Below, piece after piece: positions 49,532-58,633 of a DNA stretch of 64,000 bases; the stretch's first letter is position 1, and every line of letters starts with the position of its first letter. The stretch comes from an uncultured Aliarcobacter sp. (GTDB lineage Bacteria > Campylobacterota > Campylobacteria > Campylobacterales > Arcobacteraceae): positions 768,001 to 832,000 of the forward strand of contig OY781945.1 in the NCBI GenBank assembly GCA_963677435.1, in the 5' to 3' direction. The notes under the pieces are model-generated. The model was given only the letters and a program-made list of their open reading frames with translations, was not told the DNA's origin and ran no database searches. Position numbers and translations under genes: made by a program.

Positions 49532-50884
49532 TTGTTTGATTCAATAACCGGCTCAATTCGAAATGCAGTTAACAAAATAAGACATCAAGATGATGTTGCA
49601 GCTTTAACAAAAGCAACAGCAGAACTAAAAAAAGCTTTATTAAAAGCTGATGTACATCATAAAACTACAAAAGAATTAATAGCAGCTATTGAACTACAAA
49701 CAAAAAATGCAGGTATTGGGCAAGACTCATTTTTAAGAGCTTTAAAAAGTGAATTAACAAAACTTTTAACTGTTCCTGGAAACCAAGGTTTTGTTTTCTC
49801 TTCTACTCCTCCAACAACAATTTTAATGACAGGACTTCAAGGTTCTGGAAAAACTACAACAACAGGAAAATTAGCAAACTACTTAAAAACTAGAAAGAAA
49901 AAAGTTTTAGTAGCAGCTTGTGATTTACAAAGACTAGCAGCAGTTGAGCAATTAAAACAAATTGCAGCTCAAATTGAAGTAGATATTTACTTTGATGATG
50001 TAGAAACTGACCCAATTAAAATTGCCCTTGCAGCTAAAGCAAAAGCAGTTAAAGAGCATTATGATGTTTTATTAATAGATACAGCTGGACGACTTGCAAT
50101 TGATGAAGAGTTAATGCTTCAATTAAAAAATGTAAAAGATGCAATTAATCCAAATGAAATCTTTTATGTGGCAGATGCATTAACAGGACATGACGCTACA
50201 AAAACAGCAACAACTTTTAAAGAAAAAATAGGAATTGATGGAGTTATTTTATCAAAATATGATGGTGATACTAAAGGTGGAGTTGCACTTTCTATTGCTA
50301 ATCAAGTTGAAGTTCCATTAAGATTTATTGGAACTGGTGAAAAAATGCCAGATTTAGAAGTATTTATTCCTGATAGAATTGTTTCAAGATTATTAGGTCT
50401 TGGAGATATTGAAGGACTTGCTGAAAAAACTTCTGCAATCATCGATGAGAAAAAAGCAAAAGAAGTTAGTAAAAAGATTAAAAAAGGTGAGTTTAATTTT
50501 AATGACTTTTTAGATCAACTTTCAATGATGAGTAAATTAGGTTCAATGAAATCTATTATTGGAATGATTCCAGGTCTTTCACAAATGGCAGGACCAATCA
50601 AAGATATGGATTTTGAGAATTCAACTGAGATTAAAAGAATTAAAGCTCTGATTGGTTCTATGACTCCAAAAGAGAGAGAAAACCCTGATTTAATGAATCC
50701 AAGCAGAAAAAAAAGAATTGCTGTTGGTTCTGGACTTTCAGAAGTTCAAATCAATAAAATTTTGAAACAATTTAAAAATGCTTCAAAAATGGCAAAACAA
50801 CTTTCTTCTAAGGGCGGAATGAAAGGTTTACAAAATATGTTGTCTCAAATGGGACCTGGTGGGATGCCAAAAATCCCAAGATAA
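49532..50884 (+). CDS. ffh: Signal recognition particle protein
   Basis: GLQGSGKTT, DTAGR, SKYDG, M domain; TTG start after GGAG. Confidence 0.97.
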   Translation: MFDSITGSIRNAVNKIRHQDDVAALTKATAELKKALLKADVHHKTTKELIAAIELQTKNAGIGQDSFLRALKSELTKLLTVPGNQGFVFSSTPPTTILMTGLQGSGKTTTTGKLANYLKTRKKKVLVAACDLQRLAAVEQLKQIAAQIEVDIYFDDVETDPIKIALAAKAKAVKEHYDVLLIDTAGRLAIDEELMLQLKNVKDAINPNEIFYVADALTGHDATKTATTFKEKIGIDGVILSKYDGDTKGGVALSIANQVEVPLRFIGTGEKMPDLEVFIPDRIVSRLLGLGDIEGLAEKTSAIIDEKKAKEVSKKIKKGEFNFNDFLDQLSMMSKLGSMKSIIGMIPGLSQMAGPIKDMDFENSTEIKRIKALIGSMTPKERENPDLMNPSRKKRIAVGSGLSEVQINKILKQFKNASKMAKQLSSKGGMKGLQNMLSQMGPGGMPKIPR

Positions 50885-50973
50885 AAATATTAAATAGTGT
50901 TGAGCTGTGAACTTTTAACTTTCATGTTTTGGAGTTCAGAATTCAATACTATAATCAAAAAAGGAAAGAAAAC

Positions 50974-51201
50974 ATGACAGTAATTAGATTAACAAGAATG
51001 GGAAGAAACAAAAAACCATTTTATAGAATCGTTGTAACAGATTCAAGAAAAAGAAGAGATTCAGGATGGATTGAATCAATTGGTTATTTCAACCCAGTTG
51101 TTGAGCCAAAAGTATTAAAAATAGATGAAGAAAGATATAACTATTGGTTAAGTGTTGGTGCTAAACCATCTGAAAAAGTTAAAAAATTAGCTTCTAAATA
51201 A
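50974..51201 (+). CDS. rpsP: 30S ribosomal protein S16
   Basis: IRLTRMG...PFYRIVV.DSR; ATG at 50974. Confidence 0.98.
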   Translation: MTVIRLTRMGRNKKPFYRIVVTDSRKRRDSGWIESIGYFNPVVEPKVLKIDEERYNYWLSVGAKPSEKVKKLASK

Positions 51202-51219
51202 TTATAATTAGAAAATAAT

Positions 51220-51459
51220 ATGATTACTAAATTTATAGAAAACTATGCAAAACTAATTGTAAGTGTTCCTGAAGATGTTACTATTACAAAAGAATTAATT
51301 GATGATAATTTTGCTGAAATTATTATTAGTGTAAACAGTGTTGATATTGGCAAACTTATTGGTAAAAATGGAAATATGATTAATGCTTTAAAAACTATGG
51401 CAAATGGTTGTAAGGCAAAAGATGGTGTTTCATACAAAATACAAGTAGTGGTGAAATAG
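51220..51459 (+). CDS. khpA: KH-domain RNA-binding protein
   Basis: DIGKLIGKNG GxxG loop; between rpsP and rimM. Confidence 0.88.
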   Translation: MITKFIENYAKLIVSVPEDVTITKELIDDNFAEIIISVNSVDIGKLIGKNGNMINALKTMANGCKAKDGVSYKIQVVVK

Positions 51460-51465
51460 TTGTCT

Positions 51466-51999
51466 ATGAATAGTGGTGATATATTTGTAGCTAAGTTAGG
51501 AAAAGCTGTTGGATTACAAGGTCATTTAAGACTTTTTATGGATACAGATTTTCCTGAGCAATTTAAAAAAGGTGCTGTTTTTAAAACTAATAAGAAATTA
51601 GAACTAAAAGTAGCTGAATATAATACTTCTCGAGAATTAATAAAATTTGAAAATTTTGATGATCTCGAAACTGCTAAAATACTAACAAATCAAGAACTAT
51701 ATTCTACTATTGAGCAAACAAAACAGAATTGTAAATTAAAAAAGAATGAATTCTTTTGGTTTGATTTAATCTCTTGTAATGTTTATGAAAATGACTTATT
51801 GTTAGGTCAGGTTAAAGAGATACAAAGATATCCTTTAAATGATTATCTTGAAATTCAAACTTCTGATGAACTTGTTGAAAAAGGTCATCCAAAAGTATTT
51901 TTAATACCTCATATCTTTGATAAATACGTTTTAAGTATAGAAATCAATGATAAAAGAATTGAAGTAAAAGATTCACTAATTATTTTAGAAAACTCTTAA
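51466..51999 (+). CDS. rimM: Ribosome maturation factor RimM
   Basis: GKAVGLQG, EFFWFDL, FLIP; start 51460 (TTG) or 51466 (ATG). Confidence 0.92.
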   Translation: MNSGDIFVAKLGKAVGLQGHLRLFMDTDFPEQFKKGAVFKTNKKLELKVAEYNTSRELIKFENFDDLETAKILTNQELYSTIEQTKQNCKLKKNEFFWFDLISCNVYENDLLLGQVKEIQRYPLNDYLEIQTSDELVEKGHPKVFLIPHIFDKYVLSIEINDKRIEVKDSLIILENS

Positions 52000-52000
52000 A

Positions 52001-53035
52001 TTAATAGTTGCATCTTTTATTATACTCATCTTGAGTAAGTTCTAATTCATATGCTTCATTAAATTTATTATTAACCAATTTATTCAATAATTCAGTTCTA
52101 TCTTCATTCTTTTCAAATGGACCATAATATAATTCAATTCTATTCTGATCATCTCTACATAGTTTAATTGTAGGATTGATTTTAGTTAGTTTATCAAGAT
52201 ATTTTTTATATAAAACACCTTTTATTTTTGCAACATTAATTAACATTAAAAACTCATTTTTACTTGCTACTTTAACAGAATTATCATTTGAATCTTCAAT
52301 TTTATTTTCATCTGGATTTATTCTAACCTTAGAAGAATCATTTGGTGTAATTTTTTCTTCTATTGATGTAATTGCTTCTTGAACATGAGGGTCTTTTGTA
52401 TTAGATAACTCTTCTTTTAGCTTTAATGCTTCTTGCTTCATAGCTTCAAGTTGTGCTTTTTGTTTTTCTAATTCTTGCTTTTTTTCTTCTAATTCAGTTT
52501 TTTGTTTTAAAAGTTCATCTTCTTTTTGTTTTAAAAGTTCATCTTCTTTTTGTTTTTGTTCAGCAATTAATTTTTCTTCATTAGCTTTTTTCTCTAATTC
52601 TTCAATTTTATCACTATTTAAATTTGCATTAGTTAGATTTGCTAATTGTTCATTTAATTTTTTTGAATTAATATCTTTTATATCAAATTTATATGTATCT
52701 TGAGCTGGTTCAATTTTCTGAACAGTTTGTTCCTCTATAGGTTTTTCAATTTGCTTTATCTCTTTAGGTTGAAAAAAGCCAGTAAAATATAAAACTGCTC
52801 CAATAATCAATAGTAAAAATAAAAGACCTATAATTCCAAATAATATTTTTAGTAAAATACTTTTTTTGGGTTTTACGAACTCTTCTTTTATCTCAATTGG
52901 AGGTTCATTATTATCTTCAATATTTTCACTTAATTCTGAATCTGCACTTGAAGTTGTTTCTTCATCTTCACCAGAAGAGTAATTTTTTGTAGTATAATTT
53001 ATATTTTCAGTATCTATAGCTTTTTCATCTGGCAT
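52001..53035 (-). CDS. Bitopic membrane protein with coiled coil and SPOR-like C-terminus
   Basis: Acidic N-terminus, one TM, K/E coiled coil, C-terminal INVA..., YYGPF....R..L. Confidence 0.7.
   Translation of the reverse strand: MPDEKAIDTENINYTTKNYSSGEDEETTSSADSELSENIEDNNEPPIEIKEEFVKPKKSILLKILFGIIGLLFLLLIIGAVLYFTGFFQPKEIKQIEKPIEEQTVQKIEPAQDTYKFDIKDINSKKLNEQLANLTNANLNSDKIEELEKKANEEKLIAEQKQKEDELLKQKEDELLKQKTELEEKKQELEKQKAQLEAMKQEALKLKEELSNTKDPHVQEAITSIEEKITPNDSSKVRINPDENKIEDSNDNSVKVASKNEFLMLINVAKIKGVLYKKYLDKLTKINPTIKLCRDDQNRIELYYGPFEKNEDRTELLNKLVNNKFNEAYELELTQDEYNKRCNY
52499..52556. repeat. In-frame 24-bp tandem repeat (KQKEDELL x2)
   Basis: TTTGTTTTAAAAGTTCATCTTCTT at 52501 and 52525 plus partial third copy. 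Confidence 0.9.
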
Positions 53036-53046
53036 TGTTTACTCTT

Positions 53047-53418
53047 TTAAAGTTTATTTTCTTTTTTCTTTTTATAATACTCTTTTCTATACTCTTTGAG
53101 TTCTTCTTTTCTCTTTTCTCTATACTCTTTATCATATTCGAGTCTTTTTTCTTTATTTAATTCATAATATTCTTTTTTCTTATCTTTATATTCATTTAGT
53201 TTTGAAATAATTATATCTTTTCTATTGTCAAGATAATTTTTTTGAGCTTTGATAATTTCTTTTATTTTAAGATCAAAATTCTCATTGTTAAGTTCAATAT
53301 CATAGTCATAAATTTTTTTTACAATTTCTTTTTTTTTCTTTAAATAGTATTCTCTTTTTTTTCTTTTGTGCAATAAAAACTTTTCTTCACGAAGTCTTTT
53401 TAATTCATCTAAATTCAT
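53047..53418 (-). CDS. Hypothetical K/E/R/Y-rich basic protein
   Basis: 123 aa, co-oriented with flgG (17-nt gap) and next gene (11-nt gap). Confidence 0.65.
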   Translation of the reverse strand: MNLDELKRLREEKFLLHKRKKREYYLKKKKEIVKKIYDYDIELNNENFDLKIKEIIKAQKNYLDNRKDIIISKLNEYKDKKKEYYELNKEKRLEYDKEYREKRKEELKEYRKEYYKKKKENKL

Positions 53419-53435
53419 AAACTTTATTTAACTAC

Positions 53436-54224
53436 TTAGTTTTTTAATCTATTAACAGTATCAAGCATACTATCAGCTGTAGTGATTGCTTTTGAATTAG
53501 CTTCATAGGCTCTTTGTGCAGTAATTAAATCAACCATCTCATTAACTAATTTTACATTAGATAATTCAATCATTCCTTGTTGTACGCTTCCAAATTGTTC
53601 TTCAGTTGGATTTCCTACTAAGGCATCTCCTGATGCATCACTTTGCATAAATAATGAATCTCCTAATGGAGTAAGTCCAGCTGGATTTATAAAATCTGCA
53701 ATTGTAATTTGACCCAAATCCACCGTAGCACTTGTTTGAGGATCTGTAGCAGTTACTGTTCCATCTGTTCCAATAGTTAATTTTGTAACATTATCCGGTA
53801 CAACAATTTCAGGACTAAGTGGATAACCACTTGCATTTACAATTGTACCTTCATTATTTAGTTTAAAAGCTCCATTTCTTGTATAAGCTGTTTCTCCACT
53901 TGGTAATGTTATTTGAAAAAAACCTTTCCCTTGTATTGCTAAATCCAAAGTATTAGAAGTTTCTTTTAAATCACCTTCTGAAAAATTCTTTTGGATTCCT
54001 GAAACTCTAACCCCCAAACCTACATCAATACCTGTAGGATTCATAGTTGTTTGTGTTGTTCGTCCTGCTGTGTAGTTCAATGTTTCATACATTAAATCTT
54101 GAAATTCAGCTCTATCTTGCTTAAATCCTGTTGTATTTACATTGGCAATATTATTTGATGTTACATCGATTTGATGTTGCATTGAGTTCATACCTGTTGC
54201 TGCTGTGTAAAGTCCTCTAATCAC
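53436..54224 (-). CDS. flgG: Flagellar distal rod protein FlgG
   Basis: SNNIANVNTTGFK, FQDLMY, LDLAIQGKGFF, YTRNG, LITAQRAYEANSK. Confidence 0.96.
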   Translation of the reverse strand: MIRGLYTAATGMNSMQHQIDVTSNNIANVNTTGFKQDRAEFQDLMYETLNYTAGRTTQTTMNPTGIDVGLGVRVSGIQKNFSEGDLKETSNTLDLAIQGKGFFQITLPSGETAYTRNGAFKLNNEGTIVNASGYPLSPEIVVPDNVTKLTIGTDGTVTATDPQTSATVDLGQITIADFINPAGLTPLGDSLFMQSDASGDALVGNPTEEQFGSVQQGMIELSNVKLVNEMVDLITAQRAYEANSKAITTADSMLDTVNRLKN

Positions 54225-54383
54225 GGTATATCCTTAAAAGTTGCATATATTTATTATATTTTAAGAATAATTAAATTTAGATAAAATAGGATATGGTTTT
54301 TTAGATACATTAAGTATAAATTTAAAACAAATTATATATAATGCTTACTAAATTGAAGATATTTATAAAAAAAGGGATAGTTA

Positions 54384-54755
54384 ATGAAAATTCTAATAGT
54401 TGATGATAGCTCTACAATGAGAAGAATCATTGGAAATGTAGTTATGCAATTAGGATTTACTAAGGATAGTTTTGATGAAGCTGAAGATGGTGTAAAAGCT
54501 TGGAAACTACTTAGTGAAGGTCGGTATGATGTTATTCTAACAGATTGGAATATGCCTAATATGAATGGTTTAGAATTAGTTAAAAAAGTCAGAAGTGAAG
54601 GTATGCATCAGAAAACACCTATTATTATGATTACTACTGAAGGTGGAAAAGGCGAAGTTATTATAGCTTTAAAAGCTGGTGTTAATAATTATATCGTTAA
54701 ACCTTTTAATGCTGAAGTCTTAAAAGAAAAACTTGATGGAGTATTAAAAAAATAA
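54384..54755 (+). CDS. cheY: Chemotaxis response regulator CheY
   Basis: IVDDSSTMRRI, TDWNMPNMNG, MITTEG, YIVKPF. Confidence 0.92.
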   Translation: MKILIVDDSSTMRRIIGNVVMQLGFTKDSFDEAEDGVKAWKLLSEGRYDVILTDWNMPNMNGLELVKKVRSEGMHQKTPIIMITTEGGKGEVIIALKAGVNNYIVKPFNAEVLKEKLDGVLKK

Positions 54756-54769
54756 TATAAGGTATTATC

Positions 54770-55744
54770 ATGAGTATGAGCCAAGAAGAAATTGAAGCTT
54801 TAATGAATGGTCTTGATATTGAAGATGAAAGTGATTCAGAAGAAGCATCAGAAAGTGTAAAAGTTAATACACAAGAAATTGAAGAATTATTATCTCAAAC
54901 AGAAGAATTAAAAGAAGATAATAAAAAAAATAAAAAAGAAGAAATAAAAATAGATGAAGAAGTTATTAAACCTAAATCTAGTTCAAGTAGCGTTGATAGT
55001 ACTGATATTGAAAAATTATTAAGTGAAATTGAAAGTGTAAATGAAAAAAATACTTTAGAAGAAGATGTAGTACCTGTAAAAAGTGAAGCTGTTGTGGAAT
55101 CACCAGCACCAGTAGAATTGAAAAAAGTAGAAGTATCTAATGAAGAAAAGTTAAATAGAAGCGAAGATCAAATAGTTAAAGATTGGACTTCGTCTAAGAT
55201 AAACGAAGGTGTTTTCCCTCTTCCTGCTGAAAAAGATACAAAAGTTGTTAATCAATTAAGTCAAGTTGCAAATGATTCTGAAGAAAAAGTTTCTCAAATA
55301 TTTGATGTATTAAGTTTAACACTTGACAATAATAATGAAATAAGAAGTCAAATAAAAGATTTTGAAACTTTTATTACTAATCAGTCTAATTTACTTAATT
55401 CTTTAAGTACTAAATTCCCGAATATAAAAGTATTTGATGAGCATTTAACTAGTGCAAATAAAATGTCTGATTCTTTAAAAAATTTAAAAAATCTTATTAA
55501 TTCAGAAGATTTAGAAATTTTTCAAGCAATGGAATTAATGCAATTTAATGATATAAATAGACAGAAAATCGAAAGAGTTATGTCTGTTATTAGAAAATTG
55601 TCAATGTATTTAAATAATTTATTTGAAGATGATGGTACAACAAAAGAAGTTGCAATTGCAAAACATATTCATGGTGATGATACAAATGATTTAATTGGCG
55701 ATGATTTAGATAAATTAATTGCAGAATTCTCAAAAAATGATTAA
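54770..55744 (+). CDS. cheZ: CheZ-like phosphatase, Campylobacterota type
   Basis: MSQEEIEALM start, MQFNDINRQKIERV (DxxxQ), C-terminal DDLDKLIAEF; follows cheY. Confidence 0.8.
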   Translation: MSMSQEEIEALMNGLDIEDESDSEEASESVKVNTQEIEELLSQTEELKEDNKKNKKEEIKIDEEVIKPKSSSSSVDSTDIEKLLSEIESVNEKNTLEEDVVPVKSEAVVESPAPVELKKVEVSNEEKLNRSEDQIVKDWTSSKINEGVFPLPAEKDTKVVNQLSQVANDSEEKVSQIFDVLSLTLDNNNEIRSQIKDFETFITNQSNLLNSLSTKFPNIKVFDEHLTSANKMSDSLKNLKNLINSEDLEIFQAMELMQFNDINRQKIERVMSVIRKLSMYLNNLFEDDGTTKEVAIAKHIHGDDTNDLIGDDLDKLIAEFSKND

Positions 55745-55760
55745 TTAAAAGGAGTAGTTT

Positions 55761-56480
55761 ATGAATCAAGGTACTTATCCACTCGCTGCATCAATGATAA
55801 ATCAGATTAATAGATTAGATCAAATTAGTAATAATTTAGCAAATCTAAACACAAATGGTTTTAAACAAGAGGGTACAACCGAAACTACTTTTAATTATTA
55901 TTTACAAAAAGCTCAGGAACAAAATATTGCTCCTACAAAAATAAATACGGTTACAAATAATATACCAAAAATTGATTCAAAATTTATCAATTCGGAAATG
56001 GGTTCAATTACATTAACTGGCAATAAATTAGATTTTGCATTAAATGATGCAGATACATTTTTTAAAGTCCAAAATGCAAATGGAGATATAGTTTATACAA
56101 GAGATGGTGCTTTTAAAAATTTGGATAATTTTTTAGTAGATTCAAATGGAAATAATATTTTAAATGCTGATAATGAACCTATAACTCTTGAAGATGAATT
56201 TGCTTCACAAATTGGTGTTGTAAAAATACCATATGAAAATTTAAATAAAATTGGCGACAATACATTCTCAATTAAAGATCCTAATCAAATGGAAATATTT
56301 GATAATAATGATAGTTTAATTGTTAACGGTGCTATTGAAAAATCAAATGTAAATTCAGTTATTACAATGGTTGAATTAATAGAAGCAAATAGAAGCTTTG
56401 AACAAGCACAAAAAGCTGTTAAATCAATAGATGATTTAAATGCTTCATTAATAGAAAAAATAGGAAGTAATACTAAATAA
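55761..56480 (+). CDS. flgF: Flagellar rod protein, FlgF-like
   Basis: SNNLAN.NT.GFK, TGN.LDFAL, YTRDG, EKSNVN...MVELI...R.FE. Confidence 0.7.
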   Translation: MNQGTYPLAASMINQINRLDQISNNLANLNTNGFKQEGTTETTFNYYLQKAQEQNIAPTKINTVTNNIPKIDSKFINSEMGSITLTGNKLDFALNDADTFFKVQNANGDIVYTRDGAFKNLDNFLVDSNGNNILNADNEPITLEDEFASQIGVVKIPYENLNKIGDNTFSIKDPNQMEIFDNNDSLIVNGAIEKSNVNSVITMVELIEANRSFEQAQKAVKSIDDLNASLIEKIGSNTK

Positions 56481-56884
56481 TGGAAGCAAGTAGTATATCA
56501 AATAAACTTTTTGAACAGTTAAATTTTAGAGGTGAAAAACAAAAAGTTATTTCAAGTAATATAGCTAATATTAATACACCAAATTATAAAACAAAAGATT
56601 TAATTTTTGATGATGTGTTAAACAATAAATTAGATAATACTTTAAAAATGAAACAGACTAATTCTAAACATATTTCTTCAATTAATAATAATTCATCTAT
56701 GACAAATCCTAAATTAATTCAAGTTGCTGGTTTAGAAGAACAAAATGATGGAAACAATGTTAATTTAGACACACAAATGGGTGAAATGTCTAAAAATAAA
56801 GTCTTATTTGATGCTATTCAATCATCTATAAAAAGGGATTCTCGATTATTTAGATCAGTTATTGAATCTTCTGCAAAAAATTAA
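56480..56884 (+). CDS. flgB: Flagellar proximal rod protein FlgB
   Basis: SNIANINTPNYK..D, DGNNVNLD. Confidence 0.93.
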   Translation: MEASSISNKLFEQLNFRGEKQKVISSNIANINTPNYKTKDLIFDDVLNNKLDNTLKMKQTNSKHISSINNNSSMTNPKLIQVAGLEEQNDGNNVNLDTQMGEMSKNKVLFDAIQSSIKRDSRLFRSVIESSAKN

Positions 56885-56900
56885 TTAGGATAAGTAATCA

Positions 56901-58619
56901 ATGGATCAACTTTTAAAGTTTATTAGTAATTTAAATACTGCTCAAAGAGCTGTAATTATAGGAGGTTTCTCCTTATTATTTATATTATTAGTTGGTTTTT
57001 TAGTTTTTTCAAGTATGAAAGCAGAAGATAAAAAGTTAAATTATACAATTGCTTCAAATTTAACTAAATCACAAGTTATGCTGGCAAGTGACGAACTTGA
57101 AGCATCAGGAATTTTATTTGCCGTAAGTGGAACAGGAAATAGTTTAACTTTAAAAACATCAAAAGAATTTATAAATATTGCTAAAATTAAATTAGTTACA
57201 AGTGAAGCTGCGACTAGTCAACATGTTGGTTGGGAAATCTTCGAAAAATCTTCTTTAGGTACTACAAATTTTGAAAATAAAGTTAAATATTTGCGTGCAT
57301 TAGAAGGAGAATTATCAAGATCACTAGAGTCATTAAATGGTGTTTTAAGAGCAAATGTAAAAATTGCAATTCCTAAAGATACTATTTTTACTGAAAAAAG
57401 AGGTGATACCACTGCATCTGTTATGGTGTCATTAAAACCTGGTGTATTCTTGACTCAAAAACAAATAGATGGAATTAAAAATTTTATTGCTTCTGCTGTG
57501 CCTGATTTAAAACATGAAAATATTCAACTTATTGATCAAGATGGAAGTTTACTTGAACAATCACCTGAAGAGATTAATAATTTAAAATCAACAACACAAA
57601 ATAAATATAAAGAGGGATTAGAAGAAGATTATTCAAAGAAAATTGTTGCACTATTAGAACCTTTTGTAGGGGTTGGTAGAGTTGTAGCTAAAGTAACTAT
57701 AGCTTTAGATTTTGTTAAAAAAGATGTTGAAGAAGAGATATACAATCCTGAGGGAAGTATTCGATCACAACAAGTAATAGAAAATAGTTCTAAATCTCAG
57801 GGTATGCCTTCAAATAATGGAGGTGTTGCTGGAGTTGATAGTAATATACAACAACCATCAACCGCAAATGGAAGTAGCAATATAGCTTCAAATAATGAAG
57901 GTACAAATACTGTAACAAATTATGAAATTTCTAAAAAAGTAATTAGTCAAAAAGATAATAATTATACAAATATCAAACGTATAACTGCTGCTGTTACATT
58001 TGATTCTTCTGTATTGAAAGATATTCAAAATAAAGATGATTTTATCACTTCATTAGAATCTATTGTTCAAGATACAATTGGTTTTGATAAAACTAGAGGT
58101 GACAAAATTACAGTAAAAGATTTCAAATTTATTGGTGTAAAACCTATAGAACAAATTAGTCAAACTGTAGATAAAGATGGTAATGCTATAATTGTTGGAG
58201 ACGAATCTACAGACACCGTAGCAATGATTAAATCTATTTTAAGAGATTTTAGTGAGTATATTCAATATTTAATTGCTGCAATTTTACTATTTATTTTTTA
58301 TAGAAAATTTATTGCAAGTAACGAAGTTGTAATTTTAGGTGATGGTACTAGAAGAAATGTTGATGGAACAGACGAAAATTTAGTTAAAGATATGTTAACT
58401 GATTACGAAAATGAGTTTGATGCAAGTACCGCACAAGGAAGATTAAAATCAAAGGTTAAAAGTCAAATATTAAATAATATTGAAGGCTTAGATGAAGAAT
58501 CAGCTGCAAGATATGAAGTATTTATTGAAGAGTTAGATAAAGAGATAAATACTAATCCACTTGAAGTTGCAAGAATGATAGAGTTGCTATTAAATGAAGG
58601 TAGTGGAACTTTTAAATAA
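56901..58619 (+). CDS. fliF: Flagellar MS-ring protein FliF
   Basis: Two TMs, GWEIFE, RALEGELSR, TASV, ASAVP, NYEISK. Confidence 0.94.
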   Translation: MDQLLKFISNLNTAQRAVIIGGFSLLFILLVGFLVFSSMKAEDKKLNYTIASNLTKSQVMLASDELEASGILFAVSGTGNSLTLKTSKEFINIAKIKLVTSEAATSQHVGWEIFEKSSLGTTNFENKVKYLRALEGELSRSLESLNGVLRANVKIAIPKDTIFTEKRGDTTASVMVSLKPGVFLTQKQIDGIKNFIASAVPDLKHENIQLIDQDGSLLEQSPEEINNLKSTTQNKYKEGLEEDYSKKIVALLEPFVGVGRVVAKVTIALDFVKKDVEEEIYNPEGSIRSQQVIENSSKSQGMPSNNGGVAGVDSNIQQPSTANGSSNIASNNEGTNTVTNYEISKKVISQKDNNYTNIKRITAAVTFDSSVLKDIQNKDDFITSLESIVQDTIGFDKTRGDKITVKDFKFIGVKPIEQISQTVDKDGNAIIVGDESTDTVAMIKSILRDFSEYIQYLIAAILLFIFYRKFIASNEVVILGDGTRRNVDGTDENLVKDMLTDYENEFDASTAQGRLKSKVKSQILNNIEGLDEESAARYEVFIEELDKEINTNPLEVARMIELLLNEGSGTFK

Positions 58620-58633
58620 AAAGGTGTTAAATA

